NCBI GenBank assembly: GCA_964016885.1
Contig: OZ024743.1
Coordinates: 339,264,001-339,328,000, forward strand
Origin: Eledone cirrhosa
Lineage: Eukaryota
DNA: 64,000 bases
Direction of reading: 5' to 3'
Position 1 is the stretch's first letter, and each line of letters begins with the position of its first letter. This document shows positions 50,801 through 64,000 of the stretch, piece after piece. Below the pieces are notes generated by a model, which saw only the letters and a list, made by a program, of their open reading frames with translations, was not told the origin of the DNA and ran no database searches. The position numbers were made by a program, and so were the translations under genes.

Positions 50801-53800
50801 GGGGGTCTATATATCTCTTACATACACTCCTGCACTCTACCAAGTGGAGTTGGGGGTCTATATCTCGCTTACATACACTTCTGCACTCTACCAAGTGGAA
50901 CTGGGGTTCTATATTTCTCTTACATACACTCCTTCACTCTACCAAGTGGAGTTGGGGGTCTATATCTCTTACATACAATCCTGCCCTCTACCAAGTGGAG
51001 TTGGGGGGTTCTATCTCTCTTACATACACTCCTGCACTCTACCAAGTGGAGCTGGGAGTCTATATCTCTCTTACATACACTCCTGCACTCTACCAAGTGG
51101 AGCTGGGAGTCTATATCTCTCTTACATACACTCCTGCACTCTACCAAGTGGAGTTGGGGGTCTATATCTCTCTTACATACACTCCTGCACTCTACCAAGT
51201 GGAGTTGGGGGGTCTATATCTCTCTTACATACACTCCTGCACTCTAACAAGTGGAGTTGGGGGTCTATATCTCTCTTACGTACACTCCTGCACTCTACCA
51301 AGTGGAACTGGGGTCTATATATCTCTTACATACACTCCTGCAGTCTACCAAGTGGAGTTGGGGGTCTATATCTCTCTTACGTACACTCCTGCACTCTACC
51401 AAGTGGAACTGGGGTCTATATATCTCTTACATACACTCCTGCACTCTACCAAGTGGAGCTGGGGTCTATATATCTCTTACATACACTCCTGCACTCTATC
51501 AAGTGGAGCTGGGGTCTATATCTCTCTTACATACACTCCTGCACTCTACCAAGTGGAGTTGGGAGTCTATATCTCTCTTACATACACTCCTGCACTCTAC
51601 CAAGTGGAGCTGGGGTCTATATATCTCTTACATACACTCCTGCACTCTACCAAGTGGAGCTGGAGGTCTATATATCTCTTACATACACTCCTGCACTCTA
51701 CCAAGTGGAGATGGGGTTCTATATCTCTCTTACATAGACTCCTACACTCTACCAAGTGGAGTTTAGAATCTATATCTCTCTTACATACACTCCTGCACTC
51801 TACCAAGTAGAGCTGAGAGTCTATATCTCTATTACATACACTCCTGCACTCTACCAAGTGGAGCTGGAAGTCTATATCTCTCTTACATATACTCCTGCAC
51901 TCTACCAAGTGGAGCTGGAGGTCTATATCTCTCTTACATACACTCCTGCATTCTACCAAGTGGAGTTGTGGGTCTATATCTCTTTTACATACACTCCTGC
52001 ACTCTACCAAGTGGAGCTGGGGTTCTATATCTCTCTTACATACACTCCTGCACTCTACCAAGTGGAGCTGGGGTTCTATATCTCTTACATACAATCCTGC
52101 CCTCTACCAAGTGGAGTTGGGGGGTTCTATCTCTCTTACATACACTCCTGAACTCTACCAAGTGGAGCTGGGGTTCTATATCTCCCTTACATACACTCCT
52201 GCACTCTACCAAGTGGAGCTGGGAGTCTATATCTCTTACATACACTTCTGCACTCTACCAAGTGGAGCTGGGAGTCTATATCTCTATTACATACACTCCT
52301 GCACTCTACCAAGTGGAGCTGGGAGTCTATATCTCTCTTACATACACTCCTGCACTCTACCAAGTGGAGCTGGGAGTCTATATCTCTCTTACATACACTC
52401 CTGCACTCTACCAAGCGGAGTTGCGGGGTCTATATCTCTCTTACATACACTCCTGCACTCTACCAAGTGGAGCTGGGAGTCTATATCTCTCTTACATACA
52501 CTCCTGCACTCTACCAAGTGGAGCTGGGGTTCTATATCTCTTACATACAATCCTGCCCTCTACCAAGTGGAGTTGGGGGGTTCTATCTCTCTTACATACA
52601 CTCCTGAACTCTACCAAGTGGAGCTGGGGTTCTATATCTCCCTTACATACACTCCTGCACTCTACCAAGTGGAGCTGGGAGTCTATATCTCTTACATACA
52701 CTTCTGCACTCTACCAAGTGGAGCTGGGAGTCTATATCTCTATTACATACACTCCTGCACTCTACCAAGTGGAGCTGGGGGTCTATATCTCACTTACATA
52801 CACTTCTGCACTCTACCAAGTGGAACTGGGGTTCTATATTTCTCTTACATACACTCCTTCACTCTACCAAGTGGAGTTGGGGGGTCTATATCTCTTACAT
52901 ACAATCCTGCCCTCTACCAAGTGGAGTTGGGGGGTTCTATCTCTCTTACATACACTCCTGCACTCTACCAAGTGGAGTTGGGAGTCTATATCTGTCTTAC
53001 ATACACTCCTGCACTCTACCAAGTGGAGCTGGAGTCTATATATCTCTTACATACACTCCTGCACTCTACCAAGTGGAGATGGGGTTCTATATCTCTCTTA
53101 CATACACTCCTGCACTCTACCAAGTAGATTTGGGGGGTCTATATCTCTCTTACATACACTTCTGCACTCTACCAAGTGGAGTTGGGGGGTCTATATCTCT
53201 TACATACACTCCTGCACTCTACCAAGTGGAGTTGGGGGTCTATATCTCTTACATATACTCCTGCACTCTACCAAGTGGAGCTGGGGTCTATATCTCTCTT
53301 ACATACACTCCTGCACTCTACCAAGTGGAGTTGGGAGTGTATATCTCTCTTACATACACTCCTGCACTCTACCAAGTAGAGTTGGGGTCTATATCTCACT
53401 AACATACACTCCTGCACTCTACCAAGTGGAGTTGGGTGTCTATATCTCTCTTACATACACTCCTGCACTCTACCAAGTGGGGCTGGGGTCTATATCTCTC
53501 TTACATACACTCCTGCACTCTACCAAGTGGAGGTGTGGTCTATATCTCTATTACATACACTCCTTCACTCTACCAAGTGGAGTTGGGAGTCTATATTTCT
53601 CTTACATACACTCCTGCACTCTACCAAGTGGAGTTGCAGGGTCTATATCTCTCTTACATACACTCCTGCACTCTACCAAGTGGAGCTGGGAGTCTATATC
53701 TCTTACATACACTCCTGCACTCTACCAAGTGGAGTTGGGGGTCTATATCTCTCTTACATACACTCCTGCACTCTACCAAGTGGAGCTGGAGTCTATATAT

Positions 53801-56800
53801 CTCTTACATACACTCCTGCACTCTACCAAGTGGAGTTGGGTGTCTATATCTCTCTTACATACACTCCTGCACTCTACCAAGTGGGGCTGGGGTCTATATC
53901 GCTGTTACATACACTCCTGCACTCTACCAAGTGGAGTTGTGGTCTATATCTCTATTACATACACTCCTTCACAGTACCAAGTGGAGTTGGGAGTCTATAT
54001 TTCTCTTACATACACTCCTGCACTCTACCAAGTCGAGTTGCAGGGTCTATATCTCTCTTACATACACTCCTGCACTCTACCAAGTGGAGCTGGGAGTCTA
54101 TATCTCTCTTACATACACTCCTGCACTCTACCAAGTGGAACTGGGAGTCTATATCTCTTACATACACTCCTGCACTCTACCAAGTGGAGTTGGGGGTCTA
54201 TATCTCTCTTACATACACTCCTGCACTCTACCAAGTGGAGCTGGAGTCTATATATCTCTTACATACACTCCTGCACTCTACCAAGTAGAGTTGGGGGGCC
54301 TATATCTCTCTTACATACACTCCTGCACTCTACCAAGTGGAGTTGGGGTCTATATCTCTCTTACAATACATTTCTGCACTCTACCAAGTGGAGTTGGGGG
54401 GTCTATATCCCTTACATACACTCCTGCACTCTACCAAGTGGATTTGGGGGTCTATATCTCTCTTACATACACTCCTGCACTCTACCATCGGAGTTGGGGT
54501 CTATATCTCTCTTACATACACTCCTGCACTCTACCAAGTGGAGTTGGGAGTCTATATTTCTCTTACACACACTCCTGCACTCTACCAAGTGGAGCTGGGG
54601 TCTATATATCTCTTACATACACTCCTGCACTCTACCAAGTGGAGATGGGGTTCTATATCTCTCTTACATACACTCCTACACTTTACCAAGTGGAGTTTAG
54701 AATCTATATCTCTCTTACATACACTCCTGCACTCTACCAAGTGGAGCTGAGAGTCTATATCTCTATTACATACACTCCTGCACTCTACCAAGTGGAGCTG
54801 GGAGTCTATATCTCTCTTACATATACTCCTGCACTCTACCAAGTGGAGCTGGAGGTCTATATCTCTCTTACATACACTCCTGCATTCTACCAAGTGTAGT
54901 TGTGCATCTATATCTCTTTTACATACACTCCTGCACTCTACCAAGTGGAGCTGGGGTTCTATATCTCTCTTACATACACTCCTGCACTCTACCAAGTGGA
55001 GCTGGGGTTCTATATCTCTTACATACAATCCTGCCCTCTACCAAGTGGAGTTGGGGGGTTCTATCTCTCTTACATACACTCCTGAACTCTACCAAGTGGA
55101 GCTGGGGTTCTATATCTCCCTTACATACACTCCTGCACTCTACCAAGTGGAGCTGGGAGTCTATATCTCTTACATACACTTCTGCACTCTACCAAGTGGA
55201 GCTGGGAGTCTATATCTCTCTTACATACACTCCTTCACTCTACCAAGTGGAGTTGGGAGTCTATATTTCTCTTACATACACTCCTGCACTCTACCAAGTG
55301 GAGTTGCGGGGTCTATATCTCTCTTACATACACTCCTGCACTCTACCAAGTGGAGCTGGGAGTCTATATCTCTTACATACACTCCTGCACTCTACCAAGT
55401 GGAGTTGGGGGTCTATATCTCTCTTACATACACTCCTGCACTCTACCAAGTGGAACTGGGGTCTATATATCTCTTACATACACTCCTGCACTCTACCAAG
55501 TGGAGCTGGGGCTTTATATCTCTCTTACATACACTCCTGCACTCTACCAAGTGGAGTTGGGGGTCTATATATCTCTTACATACACTCCTGCACTCTACCA
55601 AGTGGAGTTGGGGGTCTATATCTCGCTTACATACACTTCTGTACTCTACCAAGTGGAACTGGGGTTCTATATTTCTCTTACATACACTCCTTCACTCTAC
55701 CAAGTGGAGTTGGGGGTCTATATCTCTTACATACAATCCTGCCCTCTACCAAGTGGAGTTGGGGGGTTCTATCTCTCTTACATACACTCCTGCACTCTAC
55801 CAAGTGGAGCTGGGAGTCTATATCTCTCTTACATACACTCCTGCACTCTACCAAGTGGAGCTGGGAGTCTATATCTCTCTTACATACACTCCTGCACTCT
55901 ACCAAGTGGAGTTGGGGGTCTATATCTCTCTTACATACACTCCTGCACTCTACCAAGTAGAGTTGGGGGGTGTATATCTCTCTTACATACACTCCTGCAC
56001 TCTACCAAGTGGAGTTGGGGGTCTATATCTCTCTTACGTACACTCCTGCACTCTACCAAGTGGAACTGGGGTCTATATATCTCTTACATACACTCCTGCA
56101 GTCTACCAAGTGGAGTTGGGGGTCTATATCTCTCTTACGTACACTCCTGCACTCTACCAAGTGGAACTGGGGTCTATACATCTCTTACATACACTTCTGC
56201 ACTCTACCAAGTGGAGCTGGGGTCTATATATCTCTTACATACACTCCTGCACTCTACCAAGTGGAGCTGGTGTCTATATCTCTCCTACATACACTCCTGC
56301 ACTCTACCAAGTGGAACTGGGGTCTATACATCTCTTACATACACTCCTGCACTCTACCAAGTGGAGTTGGGGGTCTATATCTCTCTTACGTACACTCCTG
56401 CACTCTACCAAGTGGAGCTGGGGTCTATATCTCTCTTACATACACTCCTGCACTCTACCAAGTGGAGTTGGGAGTGTATATCTCTCTTACATACACTCCT
56501 GCACTCTACCAAGTAGAGTTGGGGTCTATATCTCACTAACATACACTCCTGCACTCTACCAAGTGGAGTTGGGTGTCTATATCTCTCTTACATACACTCC
56601 TGCACTCTACCAAGTGGGGCTGGGGTCTATATCTCTCTTACATACACTCCTGCACTCTACCAAGTGGAGTTGTGGTCTATATCTCTATTACATACACTCC
56701 TTCACTCTACCAAGTGGAGTTGGGAGTCTATATTTCTCTTACATACACTCCTGCACTCTACCAAGTGGAGTTGCAGGGTCTATATCTCTCTTACATACAC

Positions 56801-59800
56801 TCCTGCACTTTACCAAGTGGAGCTGGGAGTCTATATCTCTTACATACACTCCTGCACTCTACCAAGTGGAGTTGGGGGTCTATATCTCTCTTACATACAC
56901 TCCTGCACTCTACCAAGTGGAGCTGGAGTCTATATATCTCTTACATACACTCCTGCACTCTACCAAGTGGGGCTGGGGTCTATATCTCTCTTACATACAC
57001 TCCTGCACTCTACCAAGTGGAGTTGTGGTCTATATCTCTATTACATACACTCCTTCACTCTACCAAGTGGAGTTGAGAGTCTATATCTCTCTTACATACA
57101 CTCCTGCACTCTACCAAGTGGAGCTGGGAGTCTATATCTCTTACATACACTCCTGCACTCTACCAAGTGGAGTTGGGGGTCTATATCTCTCTTACATACA
57201 CTCCTGCACTCTACCAAGTGGAGCTGGAGTCTATATATCTCTTACATACACTCCTGCACTCTACCAAGTAGAGTTGGGGGGCCTATATCTCTCTTACATA
57301 CACTCCTGCACTCTACCAAGTGGAGTTGGGGTCTATATCTCTCTTACAATACATTTCTGCACACTACCAAGTGGAGTTGGGGGTCTATATCTCTTACATA
57401 CACTCCTGCACTCTACCAAGTGGAGTTGGGGGTCTATATCTCTCTTACATACACTCCTGCACTCTACCAAGTGGAGTTGGGGTCTATATCTCTCTTACAT
57501 ACACTCCTGCACTCTACCAAGTGGAGTTGGGAGTCTATATTTCTCTTACATACACTCCTGCACTCTACCAAGTGGAGCTGGGGTCTATATATCTCTTACA
57601 TACACTCCTGCACTCTACCAAGTGGAGCTGGGAGTCTATATCTCTTACATACACTTCTGCACTCTACCAAGTGGAGCTGGGAGTCTATATCTCTATTACA
57701 TACACTCCTGCACTCTACCAAGTGGAGCTGGGGGTCTATATCTCACTTACATACACTTCTGCACTCTACCAAGTGGAACTGGGGTTCTATATTTCTCTTA
57801 CATACACTCCTTCACTCTACCAAGTGGAGTTGGGGGGTCTATATCTCTTACATACAATCCTGCCCTCTACCAAGTGGAGTTGGGGGGTTCTATCTCTCTT
57901 ACATACACTCCTGCACTCTACCAAGTGGAGTTGGGAGTCTATATCTGTCTTACATACACTCCTGCACTCTACCAAGTGGAGCTGGAGTCTATATATCTCT
58001 TACATACACTCCTGCACTCTACCAAGTGGAGATGGGGTTCTATATCTCTCTTACATACACTCCTGCACTCTACCAAGTAGATTTGGGGGGTCTATATCTC
58101 TCTTACATACACTTCTGCACTCTACCAAGTGGAGTTGGGGGGTCTATATCTCTTACATACACTCCTGCACTCTACCAAGTGGAGTTGGGGGTCTATATCT
58201 CTTACATATACTCCTGCACTCTACCAAGTGGAGCTGGGGTCTATATCTCTCTTACATACACTCCTGCACTCTACCAAGTGGAGTTGGGAGTGTATATCTC
58301 TCTTACATACACTCCTGCACTCTACCAAGTAGAGTTGGGGTCTATATCTCACTAACATACACTCCTGCACTCTACCAAGTGGAGTTGGGTGTCTATATCT
58401 CTCTTACATACACTCCTGCACTCTACCAAGTGGGGCTGGGGTCTATATCTCTCTTACATACACTCCTGCACTCTACCAAGTGGAGTTGTGGTCTATATCT
58501 CTATTACATACACTCCTTCACTCTACCAAGTGGAGTTGGGAGTCTATATTTCTCTTACATACACTCCTGCACTCTACCAAGTGGAGTTGCAGGGTCTATA
58601 TCTCTCTTACATACACTCCTGCACTCTACCAAGTGGAGCTGGGAGTCTATATCTCTTACATACACTCCTGCACTCTACCAAGTGGAGTTGGGGGTCTATA
58701 TCTCTCTTACATACACTCCTGCACTCTACCAAGTGGAGCTGGAGTCTATATATCTCTTACATACACTCCTGCACTCTACCAAGTGGAGTTGGGTGTCTAT
58801 ATCTCTCTTACATACACTCCTGCACTCTACCAAGTGGGGCTGGGGTCTATATCGCTGTTACATACACTCCTGCACTCTACCAAGTGGAGTTGTGGTCTAT
58901 ATCTCTATTACATACACTCCTTCACAGTACCAAGTGGAGTTGGGAGTCTATATTTCTCTTACATACACTCCTGCACTCTACCAAGTCGAGTTGCAGGGTC
59001 TATATCTCTCTTACATACACTCCTGCACTCTACCAAGTGGAGCTGGGAGTCTATATCTCTCTTACATACACTCCTGCACTCTACCAAGTGGAACTGGGAG
59101 TCTATATCTCTTACATACACTCCTGCACTCTACCAAGTGGAGTTGGGGGTCTATATCTCTCTTACATACACTCCTGCACTCTACCAAGTGGAGCTGGAGT
59201 CTATATATCTCTTACATACACTCCTGCACTCTACCAAGTAGAGTTGGGGGGCCTATATCTCTCTTACATACACTCCTGCACTCTACCAAGTGGAGTTGGG
59301 GTCTATATCTCTCTTACAATACATTTCTGCACTCTACCAAGTGGAGTTGGGGGGTCTATATCCCTTACATACACTCCTGCACTCTACCAAGTGGATTTGG
59401 GGGTCTATATCTCTCTTACATACACTCCTGCACTCTACCATCGGAGTTGGGGTCTATATCTCTCTTACATACACTCCTGCACTCTACCAAGTGGAGTTGG
59501 GAGTCTATATTTCTCTTACACACACTCCTGCACTCTACCAAGTGGAGCTGGGGTCTATATATCTCTTACATACACTCCTGCACTCTACCAAGTGGAGATG
59601 GGGTTCTATATCTCTCTTACATACACTCCTACACTTTACCAAGTGGAGTTTAGAATCTATATCTCTCTTACATACACTCCTGCACTCTACCAAGTGGAGC
59701 TGAGAGTCTATATCTCTATTACATACACTCCTGCACTCTACCAAGTGGAGCTGGGAGTCTATATCTCTCTTACATATACTCCTGCACTCTACCAAGTGGA

Positions 59801-62800
59801 GCTGGAGGTCTATATCTCTCTTACATACACTCCTGCATTCTACCAAGTGTAGTTGTGCATCTATATCTCTTTTACATACACTCCTGCACTCTACCAAGTG
59901 GAGCTGGGGTTCTATATCTCTCTTACATACACTCCTGCACTCTACCAAGTGGAGCTGGGGTTCTATATCTCTTACATACAATCCTGCCCTCTACCAAGTG
60001 GAGTTGGGGGGTTCTATCTCTCTTACATACACTCCTGAACTCTACCAAGTGGAGCTGGGGTTCTATATCTCCCTTACATACACTCCTGCACTCTACCAAG
60101 TGGAGCTGGGAGTCTATATCTCTTACATACACTTCTGCACTCTACCAAGTGGAGCTGGGAGTCTATATCTCTCTTACATACACTCCTTCACTCTACCAAG
60201 TGGAGTTGGGAGTCTATATTTCTCTTACATACACTCCTGCACTCTACCAAGTGGAGTTGCGGGGTCTATATCTCTCTTACATACACTCCTGCACTCTACC
60301 AAGTGGAGCTGGGAGTCTATATCTCTTACATACACTCCTGCACTCTACCAAGTGGAGTTGGGGGTCTATATCTCTCTTACATACACTCCTGCACTCTACC
60401 AAGTGGAACTGGGGTCTATATATCTCTTACATACACTCCTGCACTCTACCAAGTGGAGCTGGGGCTTTATATCTCTCTTACATACACTCCTGCACTCTAC
60501 CAAGTGGAGTTGGGGGTCTATATATCTCTTACATACACTCCTGCACTCTACCAAGTGGAGTTGGGGGTCTATATCTCGCTTACATACACTTCTGTACTCT
60601 ACCAAGTGGAACTGGGGTTCTATATTTCTCTTACATACACTCCTTCACTCTACCAAGTGGAGTTGGGGGTCTATATCTCTTACATACAATCCTGCCCTCT
60701 ACCAAGTGGAGTTGGGGGGTTCTATCTCTCTTACATACACTCCTGCACTCTACCAAGTGGAGCTGGGAGTCTATATCTCTCTTACATACACTCCTGCACT
60801 CTACCAAGTGGAGCTGGGAGTCTATATCTCTCTTACATACACTCCTGCACTCTACCAAGTGGAGTTGGGGGTCTATATCTCTCTTACATACACTCCTGCA
60901 CTCTACCAAGTAGAGTTGGGGGGTCTATATCTCTCTTACATACACTCCTGCACTCTACCAAGTGGAGTTGGGGGTCTATATCTCTCTTACGTACACTCCT
61001 GCACTCTACCAAGTGGAACTGGGGTCTATATATCTCTTACATACACTCCTGCAGTCTACCAAGTGGAGTTGGGGGTCTATATCTCTCTTACGTACACTCC
61101 TGCACTCTACCAAGTGGAACTGGGGTCTATACATCTCTTACATACACTTCTGCACTCTACCAAGTGGAGCTGGGGTCTATATATCTCTTACATACACTCC
61201 TGCACTCTACCAAGTGGAGCTGGTGTCTATATCTCTCCTACATACACTCCTGCACTCTACCAAGTGGAACTGGGGTCTATACATCTCTTACATACACTCC
61301 TGCACTCTACCAAGTGGAGTTGGGGGTCTATATCTCTCTTACGTACACTCCTGCACTCTACCAAGTGGAGCTGGGGTCTATATCTCTCTTACATACACTC
61401 CTGCACTCTACCAAGTGGAGTTGGGAGTGTATATCTCTCTTACATACACTCCTGCACTCTACCAAGTAGAGTTGGGGTCTATATCTCACTAACATACACT
61501 CCTGCACTCTACCAAGTGGAGTTGGGTGTCTATATCTCTCTTACATACACTCCTGCACTCTACCAAGTGGGGCTGGGGTCTATATCTCTCTTACATACAC
61601 TCCTGCACTCTACCAAGTGGAGTTGTGGTCTATATCTCTATTACATACACTCCTTCACTCTACCAAGTGGAGTTGGGAGTCTATATTTCTCTTACATACA
61701 CTCCTGCACTCTACCAAGTGGAGTTGCAGGGTCTATATCTCTCTTACATACACTCCTGCACTTTACCAAGTGGAGCTGGGAGTCTATATCTCTTACATAC
61801 ACTCCTGCACTCTACCAAGTGGAGTTGGGGGTCTATATCTCTCTTACATACACTCCTGCACTCTACCAAGTGGAGCTGGAGTCTATATATCTCTTACATA
61901 CACTCCTGCACTCTACCAAGTGGGGCTGGGGTCTATATCTCTCTTACATACACTCCTGCACTCTACCAAGTGGAGTTGTGGTCTATATCTCTATTACATA
62001 CACTCCTTCACTCTACCAAGTGGAGTTGAGAGTCTATATCTCTCTTACATACACTCCTGCAATCTACCAAGTGGAGCTGGGAGTCTATATCTCTTACATA
62101 CACTCCTGCACTCTACCAAGTGGAGTTGGGGGTCTATATCTCTCTTACATACACTCCTGCACTCTACCAAGTGGAGCTGGAGTCTATATATCTCTTACAT
62201 ACACTCCTGCACTCTACCAAGTAGAGTTGGGGGGCCTATATCTCTCTTACATACACTCCTGCACTCTACCAAGTGGAGTTGGGGTCTATATCTCTCTTAC
62301 AATACATTTCTGCACACTACCAAGTGGAGTTGGGGGTCTATATCTCTTACATACACTCCTGCACTCTACCAAGTGGAGTTGGGGGTCTATATCTCTCTTA
62401 CATACACTCCTGCACTCTACCAAGTGGAGTTGGGGTCTATATCTCTCTTACATACACTCCTGCACTCTACCAAGTGGAGTTGGGAGTCTATATTTCTCTT
62501 ACATACACTCCTGCACTCTACCAAGTGGAGCTGGGGTCTATATATCTCTTACATACACTCCTGCACTCTACCAAGTGGAGCTGGAGGTCTATATATCTCT
62601 TACATACACTCCTGCACTCTACCAAGTGGAGATGGGGTTCTATATCTCTCTTACATACACTCCTGCATTCTACCAAGTGGAGTTGTGCATCTATATCTCT
62701 TACATACACTCCTGCACTCTACCAAGTGGAGCTGGGGTTCTATATCTCTCTTACATACACTCCTGCACTCTACCAAGTGGAGCTGGGGTTCTATATCTCT

Positions 62801-64000
62801 TACATACAATCCTGCCCTCTACCAAGTGGAGTTGGGGGGTTCTATCTCTCTTACATACACTCCTGAACTCTACCAAGTGGAGCTGGGGTTCTATATCTCC
62901 CTTACATACACTCCTGCACTCTACCAAGTGGAGCTGGGAGTCTATATCTCTTACATACACTTCTGCACTCTACCAAGTGGAGCTGGGAGTCTATATCTCT
63001 CTTGCATACACTCCTGCACTCTACCAAGTGGAGTTGGGAGTCTATATCTCTTACATACACTCCTGCACTCTACCAAGTAGAGTTGGGGGGCCTATATCTC
63101 TCTTACAAACACTCCTGCACTCTACCAAGTGGAGTTGGGGTCTATATCTCTCTTACAATACATTTCTGCACTCTACCAAGTGGAGTTGGGGGTCTATATC
63201 TCTTACATACACTCCTGCACTCTACCAAGTGGATTTGGGGGTCTATATCTCTCTTACATACACTCCTGCACTCTACCATCGGAGTTGGGGTCTATATCTC
63301 TCTTACATACACTCCTGCACTCTACCAAGTGGAGTTGGGAGTCTATATTTCTCTTACATACACTCCTGCACTCTACCAAGTGGAGCTGGGGTCTATATAT
63401 CTCTTACATACACTCTTGCACTCTACCAAGTGGAGATGGGGTTCTATATCTCTCTTACATACAATCCTACACTTTACCAAGTGGAGTTTAGAATCTATAT
63501 CTCTCTTACATACACTCCTGCACTCTACCAAGTGGAGCTGAGAGTCTATATCTCTATTACATACACTCCTGCACTCTACCAAGTGGAGCTGGGAGTCTAT
63601 ATCTCTCTTACATATACTCCTGCACTCTACCAAGTGGAGCTGGAGGTCTATATCTCTCTTACATACACTCCTGCATTCTACCAAGTGGAGTTGTGCATCT
63701 ATATCTCTTTTACATACACTCCTGCATTCTACCAAGTGGAGCTGGGGTTCTATATCTCTCTTACATACACTCCTGCACTCTACCAAGTGGAGCTGGGGTT
63801 CTATATCTCTTACATACAATCCTGCCCTCTACCAAGTGGAGTTGGGGGGTTCTATCTCTCTTACATACACTCCTGAACTCTACCAAGTGGAGCTGGGGTT
63901 CTATATCTCCCTTACATACACTCCTGCACTCTACCAAGTGGAGCTGGGAGTCTATATCTCTTACATACACTTCTGCACTCTACCAAGTGGAGCTGGGAGT
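14816..64000. repeat. Satellite array of ~51 bp (49-53) monomers, roughly 970 copies, continuing past the window end
   Basis: Consensus AAGTGGAGYTGGGRGTCTATATCTCTCTTACATACACTCCTGCACTCTACC repeats head-to-tail. I saw no interruption or strand switch. Confidence 0.99.

Noticed and set aside
14862-63970. Zinc-finger gene from minus-strand VECRSVCKRDIDSQLHL repeats
   Set aside because: The 17-aa period does not fit the 28-aa C2H2 unit, there is no second His or TGEKP linker, and the frame breaks every few monomers.
14816-64000. CRISPR array
   Set aside because: There are no unique spacers, since the variable part is only point/indel variation of one sequence. No cas genes are present and the context is eukaryotic.

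Overview
Repeat-only animal DNA with no host gene. The SINE/RTE tails and (TA)n tracts resemble cephalopod (Octopus-like) repeats, but that is inference. 1-14.8 kb is a retroelement cluster built around TC-interrupted (TA)n microsatellites. It holds a 5'-truncated RTE LINE (1-1813) and a tRNA/CORE-type SINE with an RTE-like tail (2098-2428). Next is an intact 1084-aa RTE LINE (APE endonuclease + RT with an inserted C4HC3 PHD-like finger), whose 5' side runs into about 9.7 near-identical 584-592 bp tandem units. Then come a Penelope-like GIY-YIG fragment ending in a candidate type I hammerhead ribozyme with a U3-A8 variant core, a short RTE-type tail and a TTAA-flanked piggyBac-type MITE. From 14816 to the window end is a ~49 kb satellite of ~51 bp quasi-palindromic monomers (roughly 970 copies) with kb-scale internal duplications. 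Nearly all long ORFs in the supplied track are by-products of these repeats.
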